Positions 63,249 to 64,000 of a DNA stretch of 64,000 nt are shown here, one piece after another. The position numbers were made by a program, and so were the translations under genes. Under the pieces are notes generated by a model. The model made no database searches. It was given only the letters and a program-made list of their open reading frames with translations, and was not told the origin of the DNA. The stretch lies in contig JAQGDQ010000086.1 of the NCBI GenBank assembly GCA_030141605.1, positions 243,418 through 307,417 on the forward strand, read 5' to 3'. Source of the stretch: Tubiluchus corallicola (Eukaryota; Animalia; Priapulida). Position 1 is the first letter of the stretch; each line of letters opens with the position of its first letter.

Positions 63249-64000
63249 GTAATTAATACTGTGACTTTGTTGGGAATGGCTGAAAAGTTATGGGTACTTC
63301 TTGAGCATAATACTATGCTGTGGATATTTGGTTTTATGTTCACAATTTAAGCATTATGCTTGTGCACTGTGGTTTTTGCCTTCAACCCTCGGTCTCCCAG
63401 AAACCTATAATTTTCGTAATTCATAATAATATGTAGCGAGGTGATTTTTGTGACCTCAGTGATTTGTCTTCTGTTTTGGATTTCCAGCATTGATCGTGAT
63501 TGTAGATTTAAACATCTTTCTTACTACTCTTATTGTGTACGCGGGCAAAAATCTGATGGTAAATTTTATTTAGCATGTTTTTCATAATTGATTTGTTCTT
63601 GATCGAGGGTTGTGGTCAAACTGGTCAATACTAGTTCACATTGTTGCAGTTACTTCATTCGCACTTGGTTAATTGGGGTTTAGTGGTCACTAGTTAACTT
63701 TAACATCTGCATTACTGCTTTGCATTCAGTTTTATTATATCTTTAGTGAATTTGTTTATTTAATATTGTGATTTTTGATACCGATAACTCTTCCTGAGAT
63801 TTTGCCTGTATCTTGTATTTATTTATTTGCCAAATGTTATGCATGTTTAGATAATTTTTTCAAACTAGTGTATTTTTTAAATGCCTTTTACAACTGCAAT
63901 ATTTGAGGTGTTATTTTCTTAATTATAAGACATGCCATGTTATCTGTATTTTCTCTTTCTTTAAAGATTTCTGAAAGCATGATGTTACTGTACTAATTTT

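Overview
AT-rich, intron-containing animal genomic DNA, probably an invertebrate. Most ORF-track entries are spurious, so I built gene models by hand from splice sites and reading phase. Left to right: (1) a 10-exon + strand gene (134-12190, about 753 aa) in which a catalytically intact caspase (LTHG, QACRG) is spliced in frame to two tandem STING-like cyclic-dinucleotide-binding domains, with no TM segments, no CTT and no visible death-fold prodomain; this is the standout finding; (2) a secreted Gly-rich protein (-); (3) three complete 5-exon secreted apextrin/ApeC-domain genes plus a pseudogenised duplicate of one terminal exon; (4) a gene with an uninterrupted CDS encoding ZP-N + Cys-rich/EGF + 37-Glu, lying inside that cluster; (5) a TMEM72-like gene; (6) the 5' part of GFPT/GFAT with a candidate 15-nt micro-exon. 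Introns and spacers hold pogo and hAT-type MITEs, a Tc1/mariner remnant, a LINE endonuclease remnant, tRNA-derived SINEs and tandem repeats. All family assignments come from motif recognition by eye, not database searches.
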